Assembly: GCA_951406725.2 (NCBI GenBank)
Contig: OX597817.1
Coordinates: 46,128,001-46,192,000 of the forward strand
Source: Octopus vulgaris
Taxonomy: Eukaryota
Reading direction: 5' to 3'
Length of the DNA: 64,000 bases
The position numbers were made by a program, and so were the translations under genes. Under the pieces are notes generated by a model. The model did not search any database, was not told where the DNA came from, and saw nothing but the letters and a program-made list of their open reading frames with translations. Below, piece after piece: positions 40,551 to 54,162 of the stretch; positions within the stretch are counted from its first letter, which is position 1, and each line of letters begins with the position of its first letter.

Positions 40551-40634
40551 GTTATTATTCAGGTCACTGTCTGGAATCGAACTCGGAATCTTGGGGTTAG
40601 TAGCCCGCACTCTTAACTACTATGCCACATGCCC
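40290..40634 (-). mobile_element. tRNA-headed SINE with (AAT/AAC)n linker and a hammerhead-like 3' tail
   Basis: Head at 40634-40558 with A box (40617-40627) and B box (40574-40582), microsatellite 40440-40557, HHR-like motif 40355-40395. Confidence 0.65.
40355..40395 (-). ncRNA. Degenerate minimal hammerhead ribozyme
   Basis: CCGAUGA-A-GCCCG(GAGGGUAUAU)CAGCC-GAAACGUU-GUGUU. GAAACGUU is intact, the core has U4>C, helix II is partly broken and the helix I 5' strand is missing. Confidence 0.45.
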
Positions 40635-40704
40635 GTGGCGTAGTGGTAAAAGCGCGGGCTACTAACCGCAAGATTCCGAGTTCGATTCCAGACAGTGACC
40701 TGAA
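40635..40704 (+). mobile_element. Inverted duplicate of the tRNA-like SINE head
   Basis: A box TGGCGTAGTGG (40636-40646), B box GTTCGATTC (40680-40688), followed by (AAT)n; directly abuts the minus-strand head. Confidence 0.85.
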
Positions 40705-41223
40705 TAATAATAACAATAATAATAATGATAATAATAATAAATAATAATCATAATAATATGGAATGCATACATTGTTTTACTTTTATGCATTACTAGTATA
40801 TGTCTGTGTAGAGCACAGTCTTTTTATGTGTATCTATTCTTATTAAGCTCCCTTTTGTTTTGGAATAAATAGACATAATAGAATGTCTACTGACTGATGT
40901 ATGTCATTTTTGTATTCCCTTCATTTTATTTTTGATGTATAAATTAAGGGTAAACCACGTTTTACGCCCGCCCATATATCGCAATCGATGAACTCTTAAA
41001 ATAAACAAATAAATACAGGTAATGCCGTGTTCAGTTATTAAAGACTGTCATTTATTCTTTAAAATTGGAGACCTATTCAAACTTAATAATGTACAATATC
41101 GTTCATCTTTCTTCTATGACATCAGCGCTACCTTAGATTGAAGAGGGAAAATTATTCGTGTTTAAATATAGAGGTCTTATATAACTGAAGCATGTCTACA
41201 GGTGTCGACCGTACTTGTGAATA

Positions 41224-41913
41224 CAGTGATCCCTCGTTTATCGCGGTAGATTGGTTCCGAGACCGGCCGCGATAACTGAATTTCCGCGAAGTAGTGACAC
41301 CATATTTACAGTATTTATTTAACATGTATTTGGACTTTTAGAACCCTCCTTGTATTATTAACAACCCACCCATTACAGTAGTCTATCAATAACAAGGACA
41401 CTTGTTAAGCAATAACACTTTAGATTTTTAAAAAATAAAGATTGTTACTGTACTCAACACAAAGAAGCTGAAGTAAAAAATCTGAATGATGATGTTGATG
41501 AATTTGCTGCGCAGTAGAAATGATGATGATGAAGCTGGTGGCAGTGTCTTTCCTGGGCGAGAGAGAGACAAGGGAAGATGCCTCAGATCTAAGACAAGGG
41601 AAGATGCTGCGGATCTGAGCATCGGTCAAAGCACCAATCACAGGCCAGATTACAAAATAGAAAGCTGTGATTCGTCGTCTCTTTCCATTGTACCAATCAC
41701 ATTTGGTTTTAATTTCAAATACCCCTGTATATGCTTTTTTGCTATTTTACGCTTATTTTATTTTTTTCTAGACTAGGAGATAATATTTATTATTAATATT
41801 TTAATGGATTTAATGAAAAATTTTAGGTGTTCATATATATATATATATATATTTTAAATCCGCGAAGTCGTGAATCCGCGATAGTTGAACCGCGAAATAG
41901 CGAGGGATCACTG
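41224..41913. mobile_element. pogo/Tigger-like non-autonomous DNA transposon (690 bp)
   Basis: TA|CAGTGATCCCTCG ... CGAGGGATCACTG|TA; subterminal repeated CCGCGA motifs. Confidence 0.85.
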
Positions 41914-42465
41914 TATGTTTAAAAATATATTATTCATTGACCTAAGTTTCCTGCACCGTTTAAGCAAATTCTAATTAGATTGTTGAAATGAAATTAAAGA
42001 TGTCTTTATTATATTAAATTTATTGTAAATATTATCAACAGATAGAAAACAAATATAATATCGATCAGTGCACCCAGTTCACTTATCTCTATTCCTCTCA
42101 TAATATTCTATTTTCTGGATTCTCTACTTCTCTCTTATCCTGAAATATGGATACGGTACATCAGTTGACTAAACAATGTTATGACTACGTTACACACAAT
42201 ATTTTCTTGTTTAATATTCAAACAAAATGATATAGAGAATTGAAAGTCAGTTTATTTCTGGATTTTAATAAATGTGTGTGTCTGTTATCTGTGATCAAGG
42301 AATATTGGTCTTTGTAGAAGAAACTTTTCAACATCGTACATTTGATTACTGCTTCCGTTTTCTCAATGAAAAGTATGTTATAAAACCTCTCAAGACTTAT
42401 CGCTATGCACGTCGTGTAATATATGAGAAGATATTTCTCAACTGCCTGGTTTATTTTCTCTATTC

Positions 42466-42881
42466 CTATTTCTTGATTGCCCACAAGGGGCTAAATATAG
42501 AGGCGACAAACAAGGACAGACAAACGGATTAAGTCGATTATATCGACCCCAATGCGTAAATGGTACTTATTTAATCGACCCCGAAAGGATGAAAGGCAAA
42601 GTCGACCTCGGCGGAATTTGAACTCAGAACGTAGCGGCAGTCGAAATACCTATTTGTTTACTATCCACAAGGGGCTAAACACAGAGGGGACAAACAAGGA
42701 CAGACAAACGGATTAAGTCGATTACATCGACCCCAGTGCGTAACTGGTACTTATTTAATCAACCTCGAAAGGATGAACGGCAAAGTTGACCTCGGCGGAA
42801 TTTGAACTCAGAGCGTAGCGGCAGACGAAATACCGCTAAGCATTTCGCCCGGCGTGCTAACGTTTCTGCCAGCTCGCCGCT
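42466..42881 (-). mobile_element. Dimeric SINE family B
   Basis: Same architecture and junction (gaaatacc|tatttgtttac near 42643-42660) as 31840-32251. Confidence 0.85.
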
Positions 42882-44059
42882 TTGTTTTCTCTATTCTTAA
42901 ATAGTATTCGACCTAGGCGAGAAGCCACTTCTAAAAATCCCCGAACAACTGAAAGATATGTTTTTAGAATGCGAAAAGAGCATCCTCAGTTTAAAGGCAT
43001 TGAGAACGTGGAATCTGATTTTATCAACACGATGAAAAAAATGTAGAAACTACAAACATTTCTTTAGATGACTTTCAAAATCACACAAGGAAAACAAAAA
43101 AATATTGGGTACTAGATGAAACAAACTTTCCTGAACTCCTATAAGATAAGGTTACTAAAACATACATAGGTACGATATCTACAATCTACAAAATAATAAA
43201 TACAAGAGAATTTTTCAATGTCTCCACAGAGAAATTCGATGGCATCGATGCCTGCGAACTAATTATGCGTTTGTGTCAGACATCCTCAATAAACGCACTA
43301 TAATAATTAACGATTATATTTCAAGCGAATTTCATTGGATATATTCAGAATATTGTCAGAAATAATTAACAAATATATTTATACAATATACTCAGAAATA
43401 ATTGACGGTTATATTAATTTTATAATCCAGGAAAATACAGCCCAGTTGAATTGAATTATTCTATAATATATCTACACAAAATATTCTGTGTATTAATACA
43501 TGTGAATTCCTATCACCCGTATGTATTTAGTAAATGTTCAGCTGAGTACAAGAGTACTAAAATTGACAGTTACATTTTTATAGATAGATATTTAAAAAAA
43601 AAGGAAACCAGCGATTTGTCTGGAAACAACGGAAATGTATAAAGTTAATTAAAAATATTAAGTATATATTATAGAAGTTTTTCCACAAGCTTATCGATTT
43701 GTTAGGCCGGAACTTATCCAGATTTTTATGGAATTTAAGCGACTAACACTACAATACTGCAGTGAATACGACGTCAGTGCGTCGAAAACATTTAAATGCT
43801 AGCTATTCTAGTCCTCAAAATAATGTAGGGTGAACTGGAGCTGCATCAAATGAAATGTTTTGCATAGAATAAGAAAAAATGCGCTGTCCTTTTTGTAAAT
43901 CGAAACTGAATACCTATGGCCTTAAACTGAATATTCAAATCACTCAATTGCGCAACCCTAAGAAGTGCGCTACTACATGAAAAGATGGATAACTCCTATA
44001 AATGACTGTTTCATTAAATTTACATCTGAAGATACAGGCAGATCTTTTATCGCTTATGT

Positions 44060-44430
44060 TTTACTTGTTTCAATCATTAGACTGCGACCAAGCTGGGGCA
44101 CCGCCTTGAAGAGATTTTAGCATTTATTTTCTGAAGCCTGGTTCTTATCCTATCGGAATCTTGTGTCGAATGACGTGGACGTAAACACAGCAATACCAGT
44201 TGACAAGCCGTGGTGTGGGGGGACACAGGCAAAAACATACACATACATACACACACAGATATTCATATACATATTTATGTACATGTGTGTGTTTGTGTAT
44301 GCGATGGACTTACTTCAGTTTCCGTCTTCTAAATCCACTCACAAAAATTTGGCTGGCATGAGCCTATAGTAGAAGATACTGGCCCAAATTGTCACATTAT
44401 TGGGCTGAAGCCTGAACCATGCGCTTAACA
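44060..44430 (-). mobile_element. SINE family A, diverged
   Basis: Body and tail motifs recognisable. Confidence 0.7.
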
Positions 44431-45324
44431 AAGAACCATATTCAACGAAACAATTATACTGGTAGTTATTTTAACTCTTTCAGTATTATTTATACCCATC
44501 AAATTGATAAAGTTTTACAATCCTTTTTAAAACCTTTTCTACTTTGGATCGCTTTTAATATAAAATAAACCCCACCATTGGTAATTTCCTAGTCTTTACG
44601 TTAACATATCCGACTCTTTTTACAATTCTTATCGCAAATTCAATAAACTTTTAAAATATGCAAATATAAAAATTCTAACTAGACCTAGTATATTACGAAC
44701 GACAGGTGCAAGAATATTTTGTCTTATACATCTGATGTTTTCAAGTAACCAACTAAAACTTCCAAATAAGATCTTCCAACTAAGATGTTTTCAAATAAGC
44801 AAATAAGATTTCAAACTGAGATCTTTTCACCAGTTATGTATTTCCGAGAATATTAATCGCATCAGTGAAAATAACAACAAACTTTTAATTACTGAAATAG
44901 GAAAAGTAAACCAATTACATGCAGTACGTCGTTCAATTTAACAGCCACTATATCTAAAAACATTTTTTAATGTATAGGAAGAAACAATTCTTCGCTACAG
45001 TGCAAACATTTCGAGAAGAGAAATACTATCGAAATATCTTATTCTACTACTCCGAAAATTTCGAAAACAGAACCACTATCAAAACCCCTTACTCTCTTAC
45101 ACTGAAGTTATGATAATGTCATGCACAATGGGACGTCGAACTAGTATTTTTCCACTAAACTTTGATTTAACAATAACCGTACATAACAGTAAATGATCAA
45201 AAATATTGGCCTTAACACTAATCCGTTTTAATTCAGCTACGATTGTAATGTCCATACATCGTGAAACTATATCTGTAGAATGCTACTTCACTATCCATCT
45301 ACATTTGATATCGGGAGTATAAAA

Positions 45325-45645
45325 TTAACATGGTTCGAATTTCAGTTCCACTGTGTGGCACCTTGTGCAGGTGTCGTCTAGTATGCCCACAGGCCGACCA
45401 TAGCCTTGTAAGTGGATTTGGATGGCGGAAACTGAAAATATCTGTGTGATTGTGTGTTTGTGTGCATCTATATGCATGTCTCTGATTTGTCTGCCACCAA
45501 TACTTGATAACCAGTGTTGGTCTGTTTGCATCCTGTTAACTTAGCGATTCCATAAACCGAGATCGATGCAATAAGTACCAAATTTAAGAGTAAATACTGG
45601 GGTCGATTTTTCCACTAAAGCGTTCAAGGCAGTGCTCAAACGTGG
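45325..45645 (+). mobile_element. SINE family A, diverged
   Basis: gttccactgtgtggcaccttg...gtggatttgg...aagtacc. Confidence 0.7.
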
Positions 45646-45854
45646 CAGCAGGCTTATGATTGAAATAAGTAAAAGATAAAAGCTACTATCTATGGCAGAG
45701 CTTTCTCTAACCTGAAATATTTCACAAACAAATACAATACTTGAAAGCCAAGAAGTGTATGCCAAATGTCTTATAATAACTAAGCAATTTCAAAGAATTT
45801 GATTTCGTCCACAAGATATCTTTAAGTTATGAAACATTACAAGTCATTAACATA

Positions 45855-46014
45855 CGTGCAGTTGTGGCTGTGTAGGAAGAAGCTAACCATATGGTTCAGA
45901 GTTCAGGTTCACTGCGGAGCACCATGGGCAAGAATCTTCAAATAAAATATAGCAGGGCCGCCGACCAAAGCCTTTTGAGTAGATTTGATAGATGGAAACT
46001 GAAAGAAACGTCTA

Positions 46015-46082
<68 letters not shown>

Positions 46083-46275
46083 TGGTCCGTACGCTACGAC
46101 ATCACAACCGGTGTTGGTGTGTTTACCTCCCTGTAATCTAACGGTTCGGCAAATGATACGGTTAGACTAAGTACCAGGCTTAAAATATAAATAATGGGGT
46201 CGATTCCGTCCACAAAAATTCTTCAAAACGGTACCACAGCATGGCCACAGTCTAACCAACTGAAAGAAGTAAATG
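45855..46275 (+). mobile_element. SINE family A
   Basis: Head, internal (TA)n(TG)n and tail present. Confidence 0.75.
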
Positions 46276-47574
46276 ATAACAGATATAAGAGTGTGCCGGA
46301 ACACGTAAAATAACCCAGTCTCTCTCATCTATTGTGTAACCATTACAGATAGAAACACAGTTGGATACCCAACACGAATACTTATCTCGCTTAACATATT
46401 GTTAATGTTTTACCATAGCTATGACAACATGTTTTGCGATCCATTACATGCACTATAAATATTAACTTTTTTGCCACACACCTCTTCAAATTCTACAAGC
46501 AATTCTTCAAGACACTCACCGAGACCAAACCTATTATTCCATCTCATCCTGCTCTTATCCTCTACGTAAATATGCTTAGTAGCATCAGCTTTTTTAACTC
46601 AATAATCAATAATTTGTTTTATGTCGATTGACTGCACAAATTTACTTTTATATGCGTTTTTCTTTTTGTTTTTTATCATTATAAGAGTTTTCTGTTCGAG
46701 TTAATTTTCCATTGTTCTATTTATTTTAATCTTTATTCTCAGTATAATTCATTACGTATCCATGTTCACATTTAGTTTTTAATGTAGAATACTCTCAATT
46801 ATTATTACGTATATTATTTAGTACACACATACACACACCGCACCAAACCGATTTTTGCATCTCTTATCAGTATACATACATGTAAGCAGGTGTGTGTATT
46901 GAGGGCATATGTAGGCGAGTATGTGTGCATATATTAACATATATATGGTCTCTGCATATAAATACATATGTACGTGTGTACAAGTGTACATGTGAGTAGG
47001 TGTAGGAGTGTCTGTCAATATATACGTACGAAGGAGTTAGTATGTGAATGATTGAAATGTGTGTATTATGTATGTGTTTAGGCTTGTGTACGTTAGAGTA
47101 TGTGTATACTTCTGCTGATATATCCATGTAGGAATGTATGTATATAAGTATGAATACGATTATTAATATACATTTTGCCTTATATACACACACACACATA
47201 CACACACGCACTAGCAATGTGCATTCTTACGTAGTAGTATTATACATACATAAATGCATACGTACATTCATACAGTCAAGCTTATAAGCAGGTGTATATC
47301 TTAATGTATATGCTCATGTATAATTTATATTTACATTAAAGTCTCTTCAAACGTTGGCATTTATGCAAATTATAGATCATACACGATTCTACCTTTTTTC
47401 TTGTAACAATTTATTTTATTTTTCTCGAAGTGTACTCTAATCGTTCCTTATTTATAATAACATTTCTCTATAATGAAACATTCCTATTTGTATACGACTT
47501 AACTGGACTTTTGTTAGATATTTATATTCATAGACATTCCAGTATTTGTATCTGCTACTCTCTTTGCTCTCTTT

Positions 47575-47794
47575 TACATATTTAATTGTTTCAGTCATTT
47601 GACTGAGGCCATGCTGGAGCATCGCCTTTAGTCGAGCAAATCGACCCCAGGATTTATTCTTTGTAAGCTTAGTATTTATTCTATCGCTGTCTTTTGCCGA
47701 ACTGCTAGGTTACGGGGACGCAAACACACTAGCATCGGTTGTCATGCGATGTTGAGGGACAAACACAGGCGCACACACACACACACATACATAA

Positions 47795-47856
<62 letters not shown>

Positions 47857-48038
47857 GTATATATATATATGTATATACGACAGGCTTGTTTTAGTTTCCG
47901 TCTACCAAATACACTCACAAGGCTTTGGTCAGCCCGAGGCTATAGCAGAAGACACTTGCCCAAGGTGCCACGCAGTGGGACTGAACCTGGAGCCATGTGG
48001 TTGGTATGCAACCTTCTTACTACACATCCACTCCTTCG
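47575..48038 (-). mobile_element. SINE family A
   Basis: Full-length reverse copy with an expanded internal microsatellite. Confidence 0.85.
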
Positions 48039-49645
48039 CCTTTGTATTTCCTGTTTCCTTCCTACCTTTATTTATCTATCTCTCTACTTTTCGTTATCGT
48101 TCTATTTTTCTTTCACAAAGAACTATGTATGGGTTGATGCACATGTGTGAGCAAAACCTTGGATCCTCATTTGCTGTGGGGAAATGCATACTATTTTTAT
48201 ATTTATCTTTTTATATATCGTGATTGTCTGTGTTTCTTGGGATCCGCACAAGCGATGTGCCAGGTCATTCTTTTTTAAGTTCTCTTTCTCAGTCTGCCTC
48301 GCTTTCTTTCCCCCTTTCAGGACTTCTTGAATAATAGTGGTCTTGTTATATGACCCTACCGTCACAACTTCTTCATCGTTGTGAGATCTTTGAGTACGCT
48401 CAGTTCGATGCTTGATGATTTTACTAACACGCTTATCCCTTGTGTAGTCCAAGTTTCAAGTGCTGAAGATGGTGCGATACCGTCTTATATCTAATGCCTG
48501 CGATCCCTACAGTGAGTGTCATACATATCTCATATGCCTACATGAAGACAGAAAGTACCAGAAGATATGGCAGTCTTTTATTTTTTGTCGATAGTGACGC
48601 TTTTTATCTCTACATATTGGTTTCGTTGCTGTTTAGTTCATTTAATGCAGTCGTTATCTGTGCAATTCTTGCAAGGATTTCATAACATGACAGTTAACAA
48701 TTGCTCCCATGAATTTTAAATTCGTACTTAAATTTATTTTTAAATCCTTTAATTCATTGTATACTTATTTAAACTTTTTGTTACCTCACCAATAATTATA
48801 ACGTGGTAAACAAAGTTCACTTAATATTAAGAAAGTTCCATAATCCTCTCCGTCATTCTCCCTTCCAAATGTCTTGTCTAATGATTAAAATTATTTACGA
48901 TATCTCGTTTCACCATCCACACTTATTCTAATTAGTACCCGGAAGACTTAACTAGTTTTAAATATTTCTGTCACTTTTCGGTTACTATCAAATTGTGCAT
49001 ATCATAAATTTATAATATAACATATTCTATTACCTTTACTTAATAATAATGTCCAATAATTTACATAATTTTCTTTGCAGTCACGCACTATTTTATTCGT
49101 TCCTGTTTCAAAACCATAAAATCACTATTTACATGCATGTGCGTAATTATAGAAAGGATTTCATACTAGTAGACTTCCTGTTGTTAAACTAAGACAGTCT
49201 TAACTATAACATCCTGAATTGTTGGTATTTATCTATGAATTACAACTATATGTCTAAATATTAGATGAGATGCCCACATCAGGCAACTGAAGGACAACAG
49301 ATGAAGAATCAGCGTGACGGAATTATAACAAGACAATGGAAAAGAGTAAGAGGCCGACCAAAGACTATCCAGAGACAGATAACAGTGGAAGAAATCCAGG
49401 GTGGGGTACTTCTTCAGGGAGGAAGATCTATTTCAGGTTGAGGATTTAGAATTCTATCTCCGGTTCCTAATTCTAATAAATTATTTTCTTTATTGTAGGT
49501 TATCGATGTTTACCTCCAAAATAAATATCACATCTAAGGGGATTTAATTTTACTCGACCTCATTCCTAAGAAGTTTTTTTTCGTTGAATTTGCAGATTAA
49601 TGTATATATTTCAGCAATAATTTCAACATTTTTTTACAAGCATTA

Positions 49646-49825
49646 CCATCATAGGACTACCTACACGCTAGATAAGACAGTTAAATTCCAAACCAGTATT
49701 ATGAATAAAATTTCGAATGGAATGAAAAATAAAAACTTTTACCAACTAACACCTGGACCAATGGTTTCAGACTTTTTTTAGCAAATAAAATAATTTTCTA
49801 GGGGAAGACTTCATCAGCAGGTACA
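49646..49825 (-). mobile_element. ~220-bp hammerhead-bearing dispersed repeat, copy A (partial)
   Basis: Homologous to 50375-50590 and 55679-55897. Confidence 0.8.
49751..49822 (-). ncRNA. Type I hammerhead ribozyme, family 2 copy A
   Basis: ACCUG-CUGAUGA-AGUC...GUCU-GAAACCAUUGGUC-CAGGU; core intact, one U.U mismatch in helix II. Confidence 0.75.
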
Positions 49826-50035
49826 TAAGTTTTTACGAAACATTCTATAAGGCTGAAAGATAAATAATAATATAAGAATTACCTAATTCATATCAATATT
49901 TGTCACAATTTCTTTCCACTAACCAGCGCATATACCAAAATATATGTAACTGTATGTCCGCATGGCAACATAGTATTTCTGTAAGTCCATTTACATTTCA
50001 CCCCACACAAAAACACACAAACACATACATTATGA

Positions 50036-50083
<48 letters not shown>

Positions 50084-50317
50084 ATATAAGGAAAATAAGA
50101 CGAGGTAGAGAAAATGGTAAAATAATTTTATCGTGAAGAACATTTTAGTACTGGTTTCAGTGTTAGCAACATTTTCATGAGTAAAACATGAAAAAAAATA
50201 AAACAATTCCATTGTGGAAAATTTGAATAAAATATTTTTTTTTATATTTCCCTAGTTTTTAAAAGTAAGAGACATTTTCCTTTTTTCAGTCTGTCATTGT
50301 CTCTTTTTTTATTCGTG

Positions 50318-50374
<57 letters not shown>

Positions 50375-50377
<3 letters not shown>

Positions 50378-50590
50378 TGTACATTTAAACACAAAAGAGG
50401 TATCCATCATAGGACTACCTACTCGCTAGATAAGACAGTTAAATTCCAAACCAGTATTATAAATAAAATTTCGAATGTAATGAAAAATAAAAACTTTTAC
50501 CATCTAACTCCTGGACCAATGGTTTCAGACTTTTTTTAGCAAATAAAATAATTTTCTAGGCGAAGACTTCATCAGCAGGTACAGATTAAA
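50375..50590 (-). mobile_element. ~220-bp hammerhead-bearing dispersed repeat, copy B
   Basis: Complete unit flanked by (TA)n on both sides. Confidence 0.85.
50510..50579 (-). ncRNA. Type I hammerhead ribozyme, family 2 copy B
   Basis: CCUG-CUGAUGA-AGUC...GUCU-GAAACCAUUGGUC-CAGG. Confidence 0.75.
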
Positions 50591-50752
50591 TATATATACA
50601 CGTGTATGTATAGTTAATTTAAGGCGTACCTTCTGAAGATATCTGAAAAATCAGAATGTAAAGGCATCAAAATCAAACTTCTCAGTTACTCTTATGAAAG
50701 CTCTGCCGATTATGCCAACCAGTGACAGCCCAATGAATTGCAGACACTCTCA

Positions 50753-50817
<65 letters not shown>

Positions 50818-51499
50818 ACACACACATACATACATACATACACACACACATACATACATACATACACACAGACACACATTTGCTTCAAATATAAGGACAC
50901 AATTTTTGAAATTGCGTATTAAAATTACCTTTAAAAAGGAAATTATAGATACAGTTTAAAAGAAGGGCAAAAGAAAATAATTTCTTTGCCAGTATACTGA
51001 AATAGACGCTAAATTGTCTCACCATATTAAAATATTTTCACTATTATTATTTACACAAGTGTCGAAAATGAGGAAGCAAGCCAACAGAAATTCATAAAAA
51101 TTTTGTTGTTCCTGTATCGGCCCGATTTCTGGATTAATCTGAATGGATGTTTCCTTCATCATCGAGGAACACTTAAAATGAAAATAAATGGAATCTTTAC
51201 ACATACCCACGGAAAAGCAGATGCAATGACGTGAATACGTATAAGTACCCCAAATATATCCAAATAAAACTATTTTTAGCAAGCCTCGACACGCGTGCAA
51301 CAAGTCAGGAATAGTACGTGAGTGGTTAACCTATCCCAAAGTGAATGGGAATTGATTCACTTCAAATATAAGAATGAGAAAAAGAAAAAATTCATAAATC
51401 ACTACTGATAATTTTCTTTCTGTAAATTTTCTTCCTATCGTTTATACACCTATCTTTGTCTATTGTTTTTCTGTAAATTCCAACTATATATATATATAT

Positions 51500-51690
51500 A
51501 TGGGGCGGGCACTGAACTCTACACGTTTTTTTATTCTCTTTCTATTTATTTCATCTTATTCCTTTCTGTCCAAGAGCTTATGCTCGAAATGTAAAAGGCT
51601 TTTTCACTTTCCCAAGTGTCAAACTAATACACTTTCTTGTTGTTCATACACCTGTCTTCGTCTTTTGCTTTTCTATAAATTTCAACTATA
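51500..51690 (+). mobile_element. PLE-type 3' tail with a relic hammerhead, between (TA)n runs
   Basis: CCUUU-CUGUCCA-A-GAGC(UUAU)GCUC-GAAAUGUA-AAAGG at 51561-51598. Helices I and II pair perfectly but the core is mutated. The terminal motif is repeated just upstream (51450-51486). Confidence 0.55.
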
Positions 51691-53792
51691 TATATATATA
51701 TATATACATATATAAATAAATTCATTATAGACTTAACATGACAATCTTGGAATTTTGGGGGCATAGATATGTAGGACTGAGCTTTATGCTCTTGTGCTTC
51801 ATTATTGTGAGGTGAACAATATTTACAATATATGTGTACTCACACAGAGGCATATATCTCCTTACTTTAAAATATTGTCTGGACAGACGTGTATTTAGTT
51901 CATAATATTTTCTGGAAAATTTTTCAAATATTAGTTTTCTTAAAATTTTGAAATGAGACGTCAATTTATTATGCTAGTAAAAAAAAAAAACAGAAGACAG
52001 GTAAATGTGGAAAAGTATGTGTATTTTCGAAGAAGGAGTAGATGAATAACGTACGCACTGCAGTTTACTTTATACATCAAGAATAAAGTATAAAAATATA
52101 TCAAGTAAAAATGTAAGTCGAGAATAAATATAAAATGTCGTAAGTAAAATTATAAAGCAGGTGTAAATATAAAATATATCATGTAAAAGTATTTATGAAA
52201 TATACTTATGAAATATATCGAGCAAAAGAATATATAAAGTATAAAAAATATATGAAGTGTATATGAAGTATGTATAAATAAAAGATATATCAAAGTAAAC
52301 ATCATGGCTGACTTGAAATACCGAGACAAAAACGATATAGTTTTTTTAAAGCAAGAAAAAAAATATTTCATTTTAAAAGCACGTGTATTTCAAGGAAACA
52401 CACGTATAGGTGACGTATGAGCATTTAATTAGAAGCAACATAAAAACACATTGATTTTTTTTTCAATGTAATGATGTGTAAGTGTCACTAATACTTTCAT
52501 TGTAAAAGCATGAGTATTATGAGAAAAAAATCTTGCGGTAACATAAAGGGAGAAATGCAAAATGTTAAAAAAAAATATGTAATTAATTTACATTTTAAAG
52601 ACTACCCATTTCAGTTGTTTGTATTAGAAAGAGTATAGAAGAAAGAAAATTTCTGTCCACCCAACGAAAAAGCTGGGAAGCTTCAAAGATATGCTGCGGT
52701 GTAGTAACAAAAATGTTTGAAAATTAAATTTAAAAAGATGTTTATACCAAAATGGCCATCTGAGTTGCTTGAAACAGTAGAATAAAAATATAAATGCACT
52801 ACAAGCGTGCCACAAGAGAGAGGTATTCTAAAATTACAGAAAAATTACACTGGAAATATCTCTTCGAATTGGCAGTACTTATGATCAATCTATAGCGTCC
52901 ATCACGGTGGAGAAGTGGAGGATGTTGTGCTCAAACCACGGCGAGCCATGGCCCAAATGCTGCCAAAATATTGTACTCATCTAGACGTACCTATAGTGCC
53001 AGTCGTGTAAGCCACAAGAATGTTTACGTATATCAATGATTTATGTCATGATGGAATTTGAACTTATACTAATCGGGCAGAAGAAAATTACACAATTACT
53101 CCTAATATTGTTGTAGTTCAGACAATTCGCCACCTTAGATTGATATCATCGATCACGAAAGTACCAGTTGAAAATATAACCATCACAGCTTTTCCTCGCA
53201 GTGTTAAAGAAACTAGAAGAAATACCACGAGAATAGGAATACTGGAGGAGGACAGAATTTCCTCTCTGAAACTCACTTTTTAACGTAGTCTTCCGCCTGA
53301 CACTTTGTAGATATATTTAGTACATTTATAGTAACATTCAAAATATCACGAATTTTAGCCTCTCCCCCCCCCCCATCGAATTAATCTACACAAGCTAGAC
53401 TTGTTATGATTTCGACATATAAAGACGATGCGACTCTTGTTTTTCTTTCACTTCTTTTTTCCTTTCTTTATCAATTTCTATTCACCTTTCGTCTCCTCGT
53501 TCCAAGTTTCGCATCAACCTTTTCGTTTTTTCTTGTGTTTTCTCATAGTCATGCACCCTAATTTTTCTAACAAGACCGAACATGTGTATTGAGCTCCAAC
53601 TATTCCTTGAAGACACAATGCACGTTGCACAAACATGCATAGTAGTTCATTTAGATATTAAATAATACTTATCTCTCACTGGATGGAGAGCGTTATTTGT
53701 TGATGCTACCTAAAAAAGGACAGGAAACTACGTATTAACATAGATACATATATATAATAGATTATTATACATACATATATATATGATACATG

Positions 53793-53851
<59 letters not shown>

Positions 53852-54162
53852 GTACATATTTCGTTTTGGGATTTGGTTTGCAAGATTCTTTCTATGAGTT
53901 CGTGTGTTGAAGCATATTCTGTTGTGTCTGGGGAGAGTCATTTTCTTTTTGTGCCTTATGATGTAACACACTCACCGGTAAAATTTCCACTTTTTTCTTA
54001 TTTTTATTATCCTAAAGAATCAAAACTATTGAAAAAAGGTTGCAAGACGCAACGAAAATTTTAGGACAATGAAAATATGAAAAAAGTGAAAATTTTACCG
54101 GTGAGTGTGTTACATCATAAGGTACAAAAAGAAAATGACTCTCCCCAGACACAACAGAATAT
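53852..54162. repeat. ~103-bp inverted repeat with ~43-bp spacer, PLE-tail-like
   Basis: Arms at 53914-54016 and 54060-54162; TA-rich flanks. The left extension shares ttcaacacacga...aatcttgca with 27614-27646. Confidence 0.8.

Noticed and set aside
40635-40704. Genuine tRNA gene with ACT anticodon
   Set aside because: No acceptor-stem complement at the 3' side; it runs into (AAT)n and is an inverted duplicate of a SINE head.
48123-48452. 109-aa minus-strand ORF in a GC-richer patch
   Set aside because: In-frame stop just upstream, no convincing acceptor and no recognisable domain.
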